Shown one piece after another: positions 1 to 9,192 of a stretch of DNA of 64,000 nt. This stretch comes from an uncultured Gemmatimonadaceae bacterium. Lineage in GTDB: Bacteria; Gemmatimonadota; Gemmatimonadetes; Gemmatimonadales; Gemmatimonadaceae. The translations under genes and the position numbers were made by a program. The notes under the pieces are model-generated. The model had not been told where the DNA came from. It was given only the letters and a program-made list of their open reading frames with translations, and made no database searches. Each line of letters starts with the position of its first letter. Position 1 is the stretch's first letter. Where the stretch lies: contig CAVXGK010000001.1 in the NCBI GenBank assembly GCA_963761305.1, positions 1,632,001 to 1,696,000 of the forward strand, read 5' to 3'.

Positions 1-2
1 TC

Positions 3-3000
3 GCCGTCCGCACCGGCGACACGCCGCAGTCGGCGCGGGCGCGCATGCTCCGCAAGTCGCCGCACATCCTCATCACGACGCCCGAGTCGTTGCACATCAT
101 GCTGACGACGGTGCGCGGTCGTGGGATGTTCAGCGGCGTTCGCGCGGTGATCGTCGACGAGATCCACGCGATCGCGGGGAGCAAGCGCGGGGTGCACCTC
201 GCGCTCACGCTCGAACGTCTCGACCGCCTCTGCGACGAGCCGCCGCAGCGCATCGGACTGTCGGCCACGCAGCGCCCGCTCGACGAGATCGCACGATTCC
301 TCGTCGGCCAGGACACGAGCGCGGCGGGCGACACGACGCCGCGGCCGTGCACGATCGTCGACTGCGGGCTCGTGAAGCGCATCGAGCTGGCTGTCGAGTC
401 TCCGGTCGAAGATCTCGCGCACGTCGGCGGCACGATCTGGACGTCGGTGACGCCGCTCGTGCTGCGGCACATGGCCGGCGCGCGCACGACGCTCATCTTC
501 GTCAACAATCGCGCGCAAGCCGAGAAGATGGCGGCGCGCGTCAACGCGCTCGCCGGTGAGGAGATCGCGCTTCCGTACCATGGATCGCTGTCTCGCGAGC
601 GACGGCTCATTCTCGAACAGTCGTTGAAGGCGGGCCGCCTTCGAGCACTCGTCAGCACGAGCGCGCTCGAGTTGGGAATCGACATCGGCTCGATCGATCT
701 CGTGTTGCAACTGCAGTCGCCCAAGCGCGTGGCCAACGGACTACAGCGCGTCGGCCGCGCCGGACACACACTCGATGCCGTGAGCCGCGGCGTGTTCGTG
801 CCGACGTTCCGCGACGACGCGCTCGAGATGCTGGCCATCGTGCGCTCCATGCGCGCCGGCGACGTCGAACCGACGCGCGTCGTGCAGAACGCGCTCGACG
901 TGCTGGCCCAGGTGATCGTCGCCGCCGTGTCGATCGACGACGATTGGACGAGCGCGTCGCTCTTCGATCTCGTCCGACGCTCGTATCCGTACCACGCCCT
1001 GACACGCACGGCGTTCGACGAAGTGCTGGAGATGTTGTCGGGGAAGTATCCGGCCGACGTCGCGTCGGAGCTGGATGCTCGTCTCGCATGGGATCGCGTC
1101 AGCGACGCGCTCACCGCGTCGCGCAGCGCGCGCATGGTCGCCGTGATTTCCGGCGGCACGATTCCCGACCGCGGCCTCTACACGGTCAATCTCCTCGATC
1201 GCACGCGGCTCGGCGAATTGGACGAGGAGTTCGTGCACGAAACACGCGTCGGCGACGTGTTTCAGTTGGGCTCCTCGACGTGGCGCGTCAACACGATCGA
1301 GCACGACCGCGTGATCGTCACGCCGGCGCCGGGCGCACCCGCTCGAATGCCCTTCTGGCACGGCGAGTACGCGGCCCGCTCCTCGCATCTCGCGCCGGCG
1401 ATAGGCGAGCTGCGTCGTCAGCTGGATTCCGCTCGCACGCCGCAAGCCGTCGATGAGATCGCCGCTCAATACGGCAGCGACCGGGCGACGGCGCAATCGC
1501 TCGTCGAGTACGTGCACGAGCAGCGGGCCGCTACCGGCGCCGTGCCGGACGATCGCTCACTCGTCGTCGAGCAGTTCCGCGACGAGACGAACGCCGTTCG
1601 CGTCGTGATTCACGCGCCGTTCGGCGGGCGGGTCAACGCGCCGTGGGGAATGGCGCTGGCGCACCGCGCACGCGAAGTGCTCGGCCACGGCGCTGTGGTG
1701 CAGGTGCAGACGACCGACGACGGCGTCATGCTCCGTTTTCCGGACATGCGAGACTGGCTGCCGCTCTCGCTCGTCTCCGACATGACCGCCGGCGAAGCTC
1801 AGCGGCGCATGCTCGACGAAGTGGGATCGACGTCGCTCTTCGGCGCGCGGTTTCGCGTGAACGCCGCACGCGCGCTTCTGTTGCCTCGCGGTACGGCTCG
1901 TCGGCGCATGCCGCTCTGGCTGCAGCGGCTCAAAGCGCGCGACCTGCTCGACGCGGTGCGCGAGTATCCGTCCTTTCCGATTCTCGTCGAGACGTATCGC
2001 GACGTGTTGCAGGACGCGTTCGACGTGCCGGCGCTCACGCGCATGCTCGACGACCTCGCCAGCGGAGCGATCGGTCTGCGCTCCGTACAAATACAGGTGC
2101 CGTCGCCGTTCGCGTCGTCTCTGCAGCTCGGCTTCGTCATGGATTGGATGTACGCCGACGACACGCCGCACGCCGAGCAGCGCGCCGCACTGCTCTCGCT
2201 CGACCGCGCGCTCCTCGACGAGCTGCTCGGCACGGAGGGCGCCGACGCCGAAACGCTGGTCACGCTGGAAGCGATGCTCGCGCGGCGTCGCGGCACCGCG
2301 CTCGGCGCGCGTGCGCGCACGGCCGACGAGCTGGCGATCCTCCTCGACCGCGCCGGCGATCTCTCACTCGCCGAGTTGCGCGACCGAACCGCCGAGGAAG
2401 CCGAGGGAAGAAGGGGCGATCCGCTCGGCGATTTGCTCGATCGCGGCCGTATCGTGCCTGTTGCGATTCCAGGAGGATCGCGACCTGTAGAAAGTCGTTA
2501 CGCGCTCGCCGAGACGGTGACCCGTTACACAGATGCATTCGGCGAGCAGTCGCCGACACGTAAAGCGGCGCAGCGCGAGATCCTCGTTCGGTTCATCTCG
2601 CTCGCCGGTGCCGTGTCGGTCGACGACGCGCTTCGCCGATACGCGTTCGAGCCGAGCTGGGTCCGCGAGCAGTTCGACGACTGGACGAGAAGCGGCCGAC
2701 TGGTGCGCGGCAAATTCGGCGGCGACGCTACGGATCGCTGGTGCTCTCGCCGCTTGCTCGAGCAAGCGCGCCGGCGCGAGCTGGCACAGGCGCGCAAACA
2801 GATTCAAGCCGTCGACCTCGAGCGCTTTTCGCGATTCATGCTTCGCTGGCAGCACGTCGCCCCGTCCGCGCGACTCGGCGACGATGACGCCACGACGCGC
2901 GCCGCGCGGCAGCTGTACGGCCTGTCGCGCCCCGCCGATTTGTGGGAGCGTGAACTGCTCCCCGCGCGCGTCGAGAACTACGACCAGACGGCGATCGCGC

Positions 3001-4154
3001 GTCTGATCGCGGCCGGCGAGTTGGTATGGGTCGGCGGCGGCGCACCCACCGCGGCCGACGAAGCGCCCATCCTTTCGAACATTCGAATGGTGCGGCGCGG
3101 CACCGGACGCGCATGGCTGCCCGAGTCGGCGCCGCCGATCGGCGAAGCCGCGACGACGACTCTCGAGGCGCTGACGCGAACGGGCGCCGTGTTTTTCGAC
3201 GAGCTGCTGACCGAGACCTCGTTCTCGGCGCGCAAGCTGCGCGACGCGTTGCGCGAGTTGGTCGGCGCCGGACTCGTCACGAACGACACGATCGACGCGA
3301 TGCGCGCCGTGGTGCGATGGCGACCGCTCGTCTCGCCGCGTGAACGCACGCGCCCCGATCCGACGCGATGGCTGCCGCCGGAGTTCACGCCGTCGGCGAA
3401 CCGATACGTCGTGCAACGCCGCCCGAATTCGCGCCGCTTGCCTCGGTGGCGACGGCCGGATCTGCCCGGCGGCGACGCCGACACCTGGCCCGGCCGATGG
3501 TCGCTGGTGTCGACTCCGCGCGTGCTCGGCGCAGCTGGCGACGAGGCCGCGCTCGGCGAAGCAATCGCGCGGCAATGGCTCGACCGCTACGGCGTCGTCG
3601 CGCGGGAAATGTGGCGGCGCGAGCGGCCGCCGGTTCCGTGGCGAACGATCTACCGGGAGCTCAAGCGCCTCGAGTTCCGCGGCGACGTGCGTCGCGGGTA
3701 CTTCGTGCGCGGACTCTCAGGCGCACAGTTCGCGCTGCCGGAGGCCGTTGAGGCGTTGCGCGCCGACGACGGCGACGACGAGCCTATCGTGATCGCCGCC
3801 GCCGATCCGGCGAACGTGTTCCCGCTTCCGCTCGCGGGCGATCCAGCGCGCGACGCGTTCGTCCGGCCGCGGAGCTCGAGTGCGTTGCTGGTGGTGCTCG
3901 ATGGCCGCGTGCTGATGATCGCCGAACGGCGCGGTGCGCGCGTCGTCGTGCGTCCGGAGAGCGACGAGGCGAGCGTGACGCGCGCGGCCGCAGGTCTGGT
4001 ACGACACCTGTCGGCGCGAATTCGCCGCGACGTCGTTCTCGAAACGATCGACGGCCAGCCGGCGGCCACGAGCCCGCACGCTCAGGCCTTCGCCGCGGCG
4101 GGATTCAGGCGCGGCACGACCGAGCTCCGTCTCCTTCGGCGAAACGCGGTGTGA
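3..4154 (+). CDS. lhr: Lhr-family ATP-dependent helicase (long form with C-terminal winged-helix/glycosylase-like region), 5'-truncated by the window edge
   Basis: Frame is open from nt 3 (AVRTGDTPQSAR). Motifs ILITTPESL, VIVDEIH, IGLSAT, HGSLS, LELGIDIG, QRVGRAGH, and C-terminal RYGVVARE...RGDVRRGYFVRGLSGAQFA. Confidence 0.93.
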   Translation, partial: AVRTGDTPQSARARMLRKSPHILITTPESLHIMLTTVRGRGMFSGVRAVIVDEIHAIAGSKRGVHLALTLERLDRLCDEPPQRIGLSATQRPLDEIARFLVGQDTSAAGDTTPRPCTIVDCGLVKRIELAVESPVEDLAHVGGTIWTSVTPLVLRHMAGARTTLIFVNNRAQAEKMAARVNALAGEEIALPYHGSLSRERRLILEQSLKAGRLRALVSTSALELGIDIGSIDLVLQLQSPKRVANGLQRVGRAGHTLDAVSRGVFVPTFRDDALEMLAIVRSMRAGDVEPTRVVQNALDVLAQVIVAAVSIDDDWTSASLFDLVRRSYPYHALTRTAFDEVLEMLSGKYPADVASELDARLAWDRVSDALTASRSARMVAVISGGTIPDRGLYTVNLLDRTRLGELDEEFVHETRVGDVFQLGSSTWRVNTIEHDRVIVTPAPGAPARMPFWHGEYAARSSHLAPAIGELRRQLDSARTPQAVDEIAAQYGSDRATAQSLVEYVHEQRAATGAVPDDRSLVVEQFRDETNAVRVVIHAPFGGRVNAPWGMALAHRAREVLGHGAVVQVQTTDDGVMLRFPDMRDWLPLSLVSDMTAGEAQRRMLDEVGSTSLFGARFRVNAARALLLPRGTARRRMPLWLQRLKARDLLDAVREYPSFPILVETYRDVLQDAFDVPALTRMLDDLASGAIGLRSVQIQVPSPFASSLQLGFVMDWMYADDTPHAEQRAALLSLDRALLDELLGTEGADAETLVTLEAMLARRRGTALGARARTADELAILLDRAGDLSLAELRDRTAEEAEGRRGDPLGDLLDRGRIVPVAIPGGSRPVESRYALAETVTRYTDAFGEQSPTRKAAQREILVRFISLAGAVSVDDALRRYAFEPSWVREQFDDWTRSGRLVRGKFGGDATDRWCSRRLLEQARRRELAQARKQIQAVDLERFSRFMLRWQHVAPSARLGDDDATTRAARQLYGLSRPADLWERELLPARVENYDQTAIARLIAAGELVWVGGGAPTAADEAPILSNIRMVRRGTGRAWLPESAPPIGEAATTTLEALTRTGAVFFDELLTETSFSARKLRDALRELVGAGLVTNDTIDAMRAVVRWRPLVSPRERTRPDPTRWLPPEFTPSANRYVVQRRPNSRRLPRWRRPDLPGGDADTWPGRWSLVSTPRVLGAAGDEAALGEAIARQWLDRYGVVAREMWRRERPPVPWRTIYRELKRLEFRGDVRRGYFVRGLSGAQFALPEAVEALRADDGDDEPIVIAAADPANVFPLPLAGDPARDAFVRPRSSSALLVVLDGRVLMIAERRGARVVVRPESDEASVTRAAAGLVRHLSARIRRDVVLETIDGQPAATSPHAQAFAAAGFRRGTTELRLLRRNAV

Positions 4155-4739
4155 CCGACTCCAGTTTTTCGACAGACGCCTTTGCAACGCCGGCAGATCC
4201 CTTTCCCGCCCGACAGACGCCTTTACGGCGCCGATACCGACCACTTCCGACTCGATAGCAGCCTCTTCGCAGCGAACGGCATCCTTGTCTGCGCGTTCAC
4301 CGAGCACTTCGCATCGTGCAGCTTCGTTTTCCGTCCGTTTTTCCGTCGTGTCCCCATGCTTCTCAGCCTTTGCGGCGCGTCCACCGCCTTTCCCTCGCGG
4401 TTACCCTCCTCTCCTTCCCATTCATCGACCATTACGCGCCGCGCAGCATCCTGTCCCGAGCGGATAGCACCCACGTCCAGCCGTGCAGCGACCATCTCCG
4501 GCCGGGCACGCCACTGCTCCGAGTCGATCGCCCACTCCACGCGTTGCGCGGCGTATTCCGCGAGCCGGTACGCGAGTCCACAGCCTCTACCGCTCATTTC
4601 ACGACGCCGAAACCGGCGGCGACCACTTCACCACGGGAGAGTTCCATCCACTTCGCATGCCGTTCCGCGCCGTTGACGTGGTGCTCCAAACAGCTCACGC
4701 GCATCTCGACTGCGGTTCACAGTTTCGCGCTCCGACAGA

Positions 4740-4790
4740 AAAAACGAACGTTGTTGGTCGAAGGAGTCTCGACCAACAACGTTCGTTTTT
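4740..4790. terminator. Perfect 22-bp hairpin with A/T tails, likely an intrinsic (possibly bidirectional) terminator
   Basis: AAAAACGAACGTTGTTGGTCGA (4740-4761), 7-nt loop, TCGACCAACAACGTTCGTTTTT (4769-4790). Lies just downstream of the S53 gene stop. Confidence 0.75.
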
Positions 4791-4812
4791 CTCGTCCTAC
4801 CGCGGTTAGCCG

Positions 4813-7800
4813 TTACCGATGCCCGTCACCGTTCCTGAACGGTACCGGCGGCGCGAACAGTATCACTTCCTCCGGCCGTTCCTCGGAACCCGCTTCGACG
4901 ATCACCGTCGTCCGTACGCGTCCGTTCCAGGCGCGCATGAGGACGTTTTCGAGCTCGGCTTCGTGACACTTGAAGTGACGCGGACCGTCTTCGGTCTCGA
5001 GCACGAAGCCTTCGAAGTCACCGAAGCGATCGTACACGATCCCGTCGACCTTTCCGGTGAAGCGCAGGCGCACTTCATGGCCGTGCGACGTCGGTTTGGT
5101 GCCCGGGTGCGTTTCCGGACGCACACCACTGCCGTCCGGCGACGGACGAATCCGCGTCGGATCGCCGCCGAGCGCTTTCACGCGATCGCCGATCACGTTG
5201 ACGTATTTCTCGAAGACCGGATACCACCGGTTCTCGTGCGGAATCGTCTGCTCGATGAACTTCAGCACCGAGTACGTCCGCTCTTCCGGCTCGAGGATCG
5301 TCTGCTTGGTGCGCACCGGAATCTGAATCTGGAACGCGCCCAGCGTGTGGCGAGACTCGGGTCGTGAGTTCGGCTTCGTCGGCACCGGCGCGGGACGCGC
5401 GCCCTTCGCACGCGAACCGGCGCGTTGAATCGGCGGCGGCGGCGGCTCGAAGTGCTTCGCCGCGCTCGACGTGATCTGTCGAACCACCACGGTGAACGAC
5501 TGTCCGCGACGTACCGTCGGCGGCAGATCGATCGTGAGCAGTCCGGCGTAACCCGGGCCCGCTCCCGGCGGCACCGGCATCCACGTCGCCCCCTCCGCTC
5601 GGCAGACCAACGTGTGGTCGTCGATTCGGCGCAGCGTCGTCATGCCGTACATCTTCGCGGCGAGATCGAGGATCTCACCCGTGTGCGCGCCCGGCAGATA
5701 GATCGTCGCCTCACCACCGGCGGGCGTATTGCCCCAATCGATCATGATCTCGTCGGGCGTCCAGCCCGGCGGCAGGATCTCGTGGGTCGGTTTGATCTCG
5801 AACGTGTTCGGAATCCGATGCGATGCCGCCGTGCCCGGATTGTCCGACGCCACGATCGACAGATTGCGTTGCGACAGCTTGTCCGACGTCGCCGGCGACG
5901 TGCCGTTGACGATCGGTTCCGGATCGAACGCCAGCTCGACCACCATGCACTGGTGAATGCCGCGCACCAGCTGCTGGATGCTCTGCCTCCCCGACGGGAA
6001 CGGACCGTCCGACGTGACGTTCACCGGGAAGCGGAACTGGTTCGGCTGGTTGATGTCGATCCACACGCCGAAGTACGCGTCACGCTCGTTGCCGCTGGCG
6101 TCGTGCTGAATCGTCTGCACGTTCGCCGGGTCCGTCTGCGTGTCCATGCTCTGCGTGCCGGTGTCGACGCGCGGCGCCGCGAAGAACGGAATCGTCGTCA
6201 CTTCGCCGGCCACCGTGCCGAGCAGCGGAACCTTCGTCGTGCCGTTCACCGCGCTGCGATACGTCGTGCTCGTGTCGTACGTCGTCGACGTCGTCGACGC
6301 GGGGAACGCGCGGAAGAAAGCGCGTACCTGCGTGGCGTCCACCGTCAACGCGCGATAGCGAACCCGCGCCACCGCGAAATTGAACACCGGCGTTCCGTTC
6401 ACCTTCTCCGACAGCTCGAGCTTCGAGGTGTCTTCGTCGGTCGAGATGAGATCGAACGGATGCCCGAACGGCGAGTGCGTGTTGAACGCGCCGATGACGT
6501 TCGTGACGAACGAATTCCCCGCCGTCGCGCCCGTGCCCATCGCGACGCTCGGCAGTCCGGCCAGCGACTGTCCCGGCTGGAGCTGGAAGACGCGAACGTC
6601 CGTGCTCAGCCACGAGATCGGCCCGTCGACCATGAACGGGTTCGGCTGCGTGATCAGATCGATCACGGCCGTGCCCGACGTCGAATGCGTCGTCGCCGTC
6701 AAGCCGACCGGAATGTCTTCGGCCGTGAACCCGTTGGTGTTGGTGAACACCGCCTGATACACGAACGTGAACCGCTGCGGCTGTGCCGGCAGCGACGGCA
6801 GCTCGGCGATCAACCCGCTCGGACGAATCGTGAAGCCTGTCGGCGTCGGCGATTCGGTGAACGTCGGCGCCCACGCTTGGAGCTGCGTCGGCGACGGGTT
6901 CGTCGTCGTGATACCGAGGTCGGCCGGCGTGAAGCCGTCGACGGTCACGTAGAACGCGGCGTCGACCACTGCCGGATTCGAGATCTGGAGCATCGCGTCG
7001 ATCTCGTCTTTGCCGAACGTGCTGCGATCGGTGATGATCGTGACTTCCTTCGTGAAGCGCGCGGTCAGCGCCGCGAGCAACCCTTGGCCGTCGACGACAC
7101 CGAGTCCCGTCGCGCCGTCCCAACCCGGACCGGCCGTATAGCCCGGCGCGCCACCTGTCGCATTACTGGCGTGGTCGGCAATGTCGCGGATCACACCGGT
7201 GTTGTTGAGCGCATACAGCAGTGGGTTCAAGAATCCCACGTTGCGGCCGAGCTTGGCATTGCATAGAGCGACCAGAGCCGCATACAGCGGCGCCGTCGCG
7301 CTCGTTCCGCCAACGCCCGGGAAGCTCGAGCCGTCGACGACCAGGTTGTAGCCGCTCGCCGGGTCCGCGTTGCCCGCGATGTCCGGAATGCCGCGGCCTT
7401 GATGACCGTCGTTCGCCGAGAGCGGAACGCCGGCGCCGATCTGATACGTCGGCAGCGTGAAGAAATCGCTGACGCCGCCGCCGGTGGTGCCGAACGACTG
7501 CGCCCACGTCGTTTCTACGAACGAGGCGCCGGACACGTCGCTGACGCGCGTGCCGCCGCATGCGCTCACGAACGGATCGGACGCCGGATACAACACGTGC
7601 GCGACACCGTCGCCCTGACCACAGTCGGACCCGTTGTCGCCCGACGCCGCGAACACCGTCACGCCGAGCGCCGCCGCGTCCTGGAACGTCTGGTTCACGG
7701 CGTTGATCGCCTGCTGCGTCCACGTGAAGCCGTCGATTCCCTCGAACTCGGGCCAGCCCCAGCTGATCGAGACCACCGAGGGGTTGTTCGTCGCGTCGTG

Positions 7801-8721
7801 CACCGAGCTCGTGATCACGTCCACCCAACCCTGCTCCGTCCACGGCGCGAAGTACACGGCCACACCGGCATTCGCCGCGACTGACGACGCGACGCAGATG
7901 TCCAGCGTGACTTCGCCGTCTTCGTTGACGTCGACGCCCGGACTGTTCGTGACGCCGTCGATGCCAACGACGACCGGTGTCGGCGGAGTCTGCCCGCCGC
8001 CGAGGCCGGTGAAGAACTGATTCAAGTCGCTCTGCGCGAAGCCGCCGCCGAACTCGATCAAGCCGATCGTCTGGCCCGCGGCTCCCGGAGTCAACGGATA
8101 GTCGTACAGCGATGCCACCTGCGGTGGCGTGAGCGTCGTGACGTTGAGCGCCGGTCCGAACTCCGCGGGCGTGGTGGTGCTGCCCACGCGCGCGGATCCC
8201 GGTGCGAACGGCCTCGACGGGCGCGGAGCAACGCGCGTTCCGGCGCGACGCGCCATGCGGCGATTGTCGAGTCCGAAAACGCCTTCGACGACCTGCGAGA
8301 CGTCTTCCGGCATCTTCACTGCACCTTCGCGTCCTCGATACGTCTCGGTCGGCGATTCGTAGCGGCCGAGATCGACGGCGAACGCGTGGTTCATCTGTTC
8401 GACGGTGCCCGAGATTTTCACGGTACGCTTGGACGCACTGGTCTCTTCGACCTCGAGTCCGTTGGCGCGCGCGAACGAAACGACGAGGTCGATGTCGGAT
8501 TTCGATGCGCCGTAGCGTTCGGTGAACTCTTCGCGCGACACGTGACCTGTGGGGGTGTCGGCGTGGTGATGAACCGGCAATGCTGGTGCGTCGGTTCGAC
8601 GACGCACGCGAATGGTGACCGAGAGTTTGGCCGCCGGGTTCTCGGCGGCCACACGGCGCGCACCAGGTGCGGGCCGTCTCTCGCTGCCCTCGATCGGGCG
8701 GACTGCAGTGGGACTCGGCAT
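4813..8721 (-). CDS. S53 (sedolisin/kumamolisin-like) serine peptidase with pro-domain and ~750-aa C-terminal extension of unknown function
   Basis: Pro-kumamolisin-like N-terminus; catalytic EVTLD, SGDNG, GGTSATAP; Ca-site GWDGATGLG. GGAGGAGG RBS before the ATG. Confidence 0.9.
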   Translation of the reverse strand: MPSPTAVRPIEGSERRPAPGARRVAAENPAAKLSVTIRVRRRTDAPALPVHHHADTPTGHVSREEFTERYGASKSDIDLVVSFARANGLEVEETSASKRTVKISGTVEQMNHAFAVDLGRYESPTETYRGREGAVKMPEDVSQVVEGVFGLDNRRMARRAGTRVAPRPSRPFAPGSARVGSTTTPAEFGPALNVTTLTPPQVASLYDYPLTPGAAGQTIGLIEFGGGFAQSDLNQFFTGLGGGQTPPTPVVVGIDGVTNSPGVDVNEDGEVTLDICVASSVAANAGVAVYFAPWTEQGWVDVITSSVHDATNNPSVVSISWGWPEFEGIDGFTWTQQAINAVNQTFQDAAALGVTVFAASGDNGSDCGQGDGVAHVLYPASDPFVSACGGTRVSDVSGASFVETTWAQSFGTTGGGVSDFFTLPTYQIGAGVPLSANDGHQGRGIPDIAGNADPASGYNLVVDGSSFPGVGGTSATAPLYAALVALCNAKLGRNVGFLNPLLYALNNTGVIRDIADHASNATGGAPGYTAGPGWDGATGLGVVDGQGLLAALTARFTKEVTIITDRSTFGKDEIDAMLQISNPAVVDAAFYVTVDGFTPADLGITTTNPSPTQLQAWAPTFTESPTPTGFTIRPSGLIAELPSLPAQPQRFTFVYQAVFTNTNGFTAEDIPVGLTATTHSTSGTAVIDLITQPNPFMVDGPISWLSTDVRVFQLQPGQSLAGLPSVAMGTGATAGNSFVTNVIGAFNTHSPFGHPFDLISTDEDTSKLELSEKVNGTPVFNFAVARVRYRALTVDATQVRAFFRAFPASTTSTTYDTSTTYRSAVNGTTKVPLLGTVAGEVTTIPFFAAPRVDTGTQSMDTQTDPANVQTIQHDASGNERDAYFGVWIDINQPNQFRFPVNVTSDGPFPSGRQSIQQLVRGIHQCMVVELAFDPEPIVNGTSPATSDKLSQRNLSIVASDNPGTAASHRIPNTFEIKPTHEILPPGWTPDEIMIDWGNTPAGGEATIYLPGAHTGEILDLAAKMYGMTTLRRIDDHTLVCRAEGATWMPVPPGAGPGYAGLLTIDLPPTVRRGQSFTVVVRQITSSAAKHFEPPPPPIQRAGSRAKGARPAPVPTKPNSRPESRHTLGAFQIQIPVRTKQTILEPEERTYSVLKFIEQTIPHENRWYPVFEKYVNVIGDRVKALGGDPTRIRPSPDGSGVRPETHPGTKPTSHGHEVRLRFTGKVDGIVYDRFGDFEGFVLETEDGPRHFKCHEAELENVLMRAWNGRVRTTVIVEAGSEERPEEVILFAPPVPFRNGDGHR

Positions 8722-8824
8722 GCGACCTCCTCCAACCGGAGAGAGTGGGGAGCTCGTTGCCGCGTCGGTTCTTCGCGACGCGTGACGCTTGGTTTAATTG
8801 TTCGCGAAGTTGCGGCACCCGACC

Positions 8825-8844
8825 GATGACCGACGTCGGTCATC
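8825..8844. promoter_or_regulatory. Perfect 20-bp palindrome, candidate operator upstream of the S53 gene
   Basis: GATGACCGACGTCGGTCATC, about 100 nt upstream of the S53 start. Confidence 0.4.
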
Positions 8845-9192
8845 ACGGAAGGCGCACCGGCTCGGCGCGACTACGACGCCCCGCGATTCCGCCGCGCCGC
8901 CAACGTTGGCGGTGGGCACAGCCGTGTTCGTCGGGCGCCGCCGACGGCGAGATGACGTGGGTCCGAGACACCAGTCCGGCGCCTCGGACCCACATCCATC
9001 GACGTCTAACGCCGTCCGTGCGAGGTGGCCGACGTCACTGCGCAGGGCCACCGCGGGACGCCGTCAATATATGCCGCGTCCCGCGCTGGTCAATACGAAA
9101 ATCGTAACGCAATTAAGATTGTCTGATTAGCAAACGTAACAGTTCGCTTCGTGTCCGCGTTTCGCGACAAACTCGAGCACCAATTCACCGCG

